Part shown: in pieces, positions 63,958-64,000 of the stretch
Layout of the letters: each line of letters opens with the position of its first letter
How positions within the stretch are numbered: position 1 is the stretch's first letter
Notes under the pieces: generated by a model
Databases searched by the model: none
Told to the model about the DNA's origin: nothing
Seen by the model: only the letters and a program-made list of their open reading frames with translations
From: Puccinia triticina
Taxonomy: Eukaryota
Direction: 5' to 3'
Length of the DNA: 64,000 bases
NCBI GenBank assembly: GCA_026914245.1
Contig: CP110440.1
Location: 2,666,001 to 2,730,000, forward strand
Program-made: the position numbers and the translations under genes

Positions 63958-64000
63958 GCAATCCGGGGATACAACAATGGTTTAAGTTTATTGACCGCAG

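Overview
Eukaryotic fungal DNA with short GT-AG introns and dense transposable elements; the gene and element types suggest a rust fungus (Pucciniales), which is an inference. Bases 1-49,100 are mostly a stack of nested transposons, and most junctions can be read to the base from terminal repeats and target-site duplications (TSDs). The standout is a 14.2-kb non-coding CACTA element (18549-32772, TSD TCT) with ~700-bp inverted arms. It carries ~75 copies of a 172-173-bp satellite, partly organised as a 9-mer (1552-bp) higher-order repeat. It sits in the gag of a chromodomain-bearing Ty3/gypsy element (12510-33966, TSD CATAG), which in turn sits in an older TIR element. A second four-level nest lies at 39236-49090. 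Three CAA...TTG elements have 7-bp TSDs, one with a KDZ/CxC1-like remnant. Two candidate secreted effector genes lie among the repeats (start codons at 4927 and 11518, minus strand). Bases 49,600-58,800 hold conserved genes: a Polo-like kinase (CDC5), a signal-peptide-bearing lactonase beta-propeller and mitochondrial ribosomal protein uS13m. All calls were made by eye; no alignment or database search was run.
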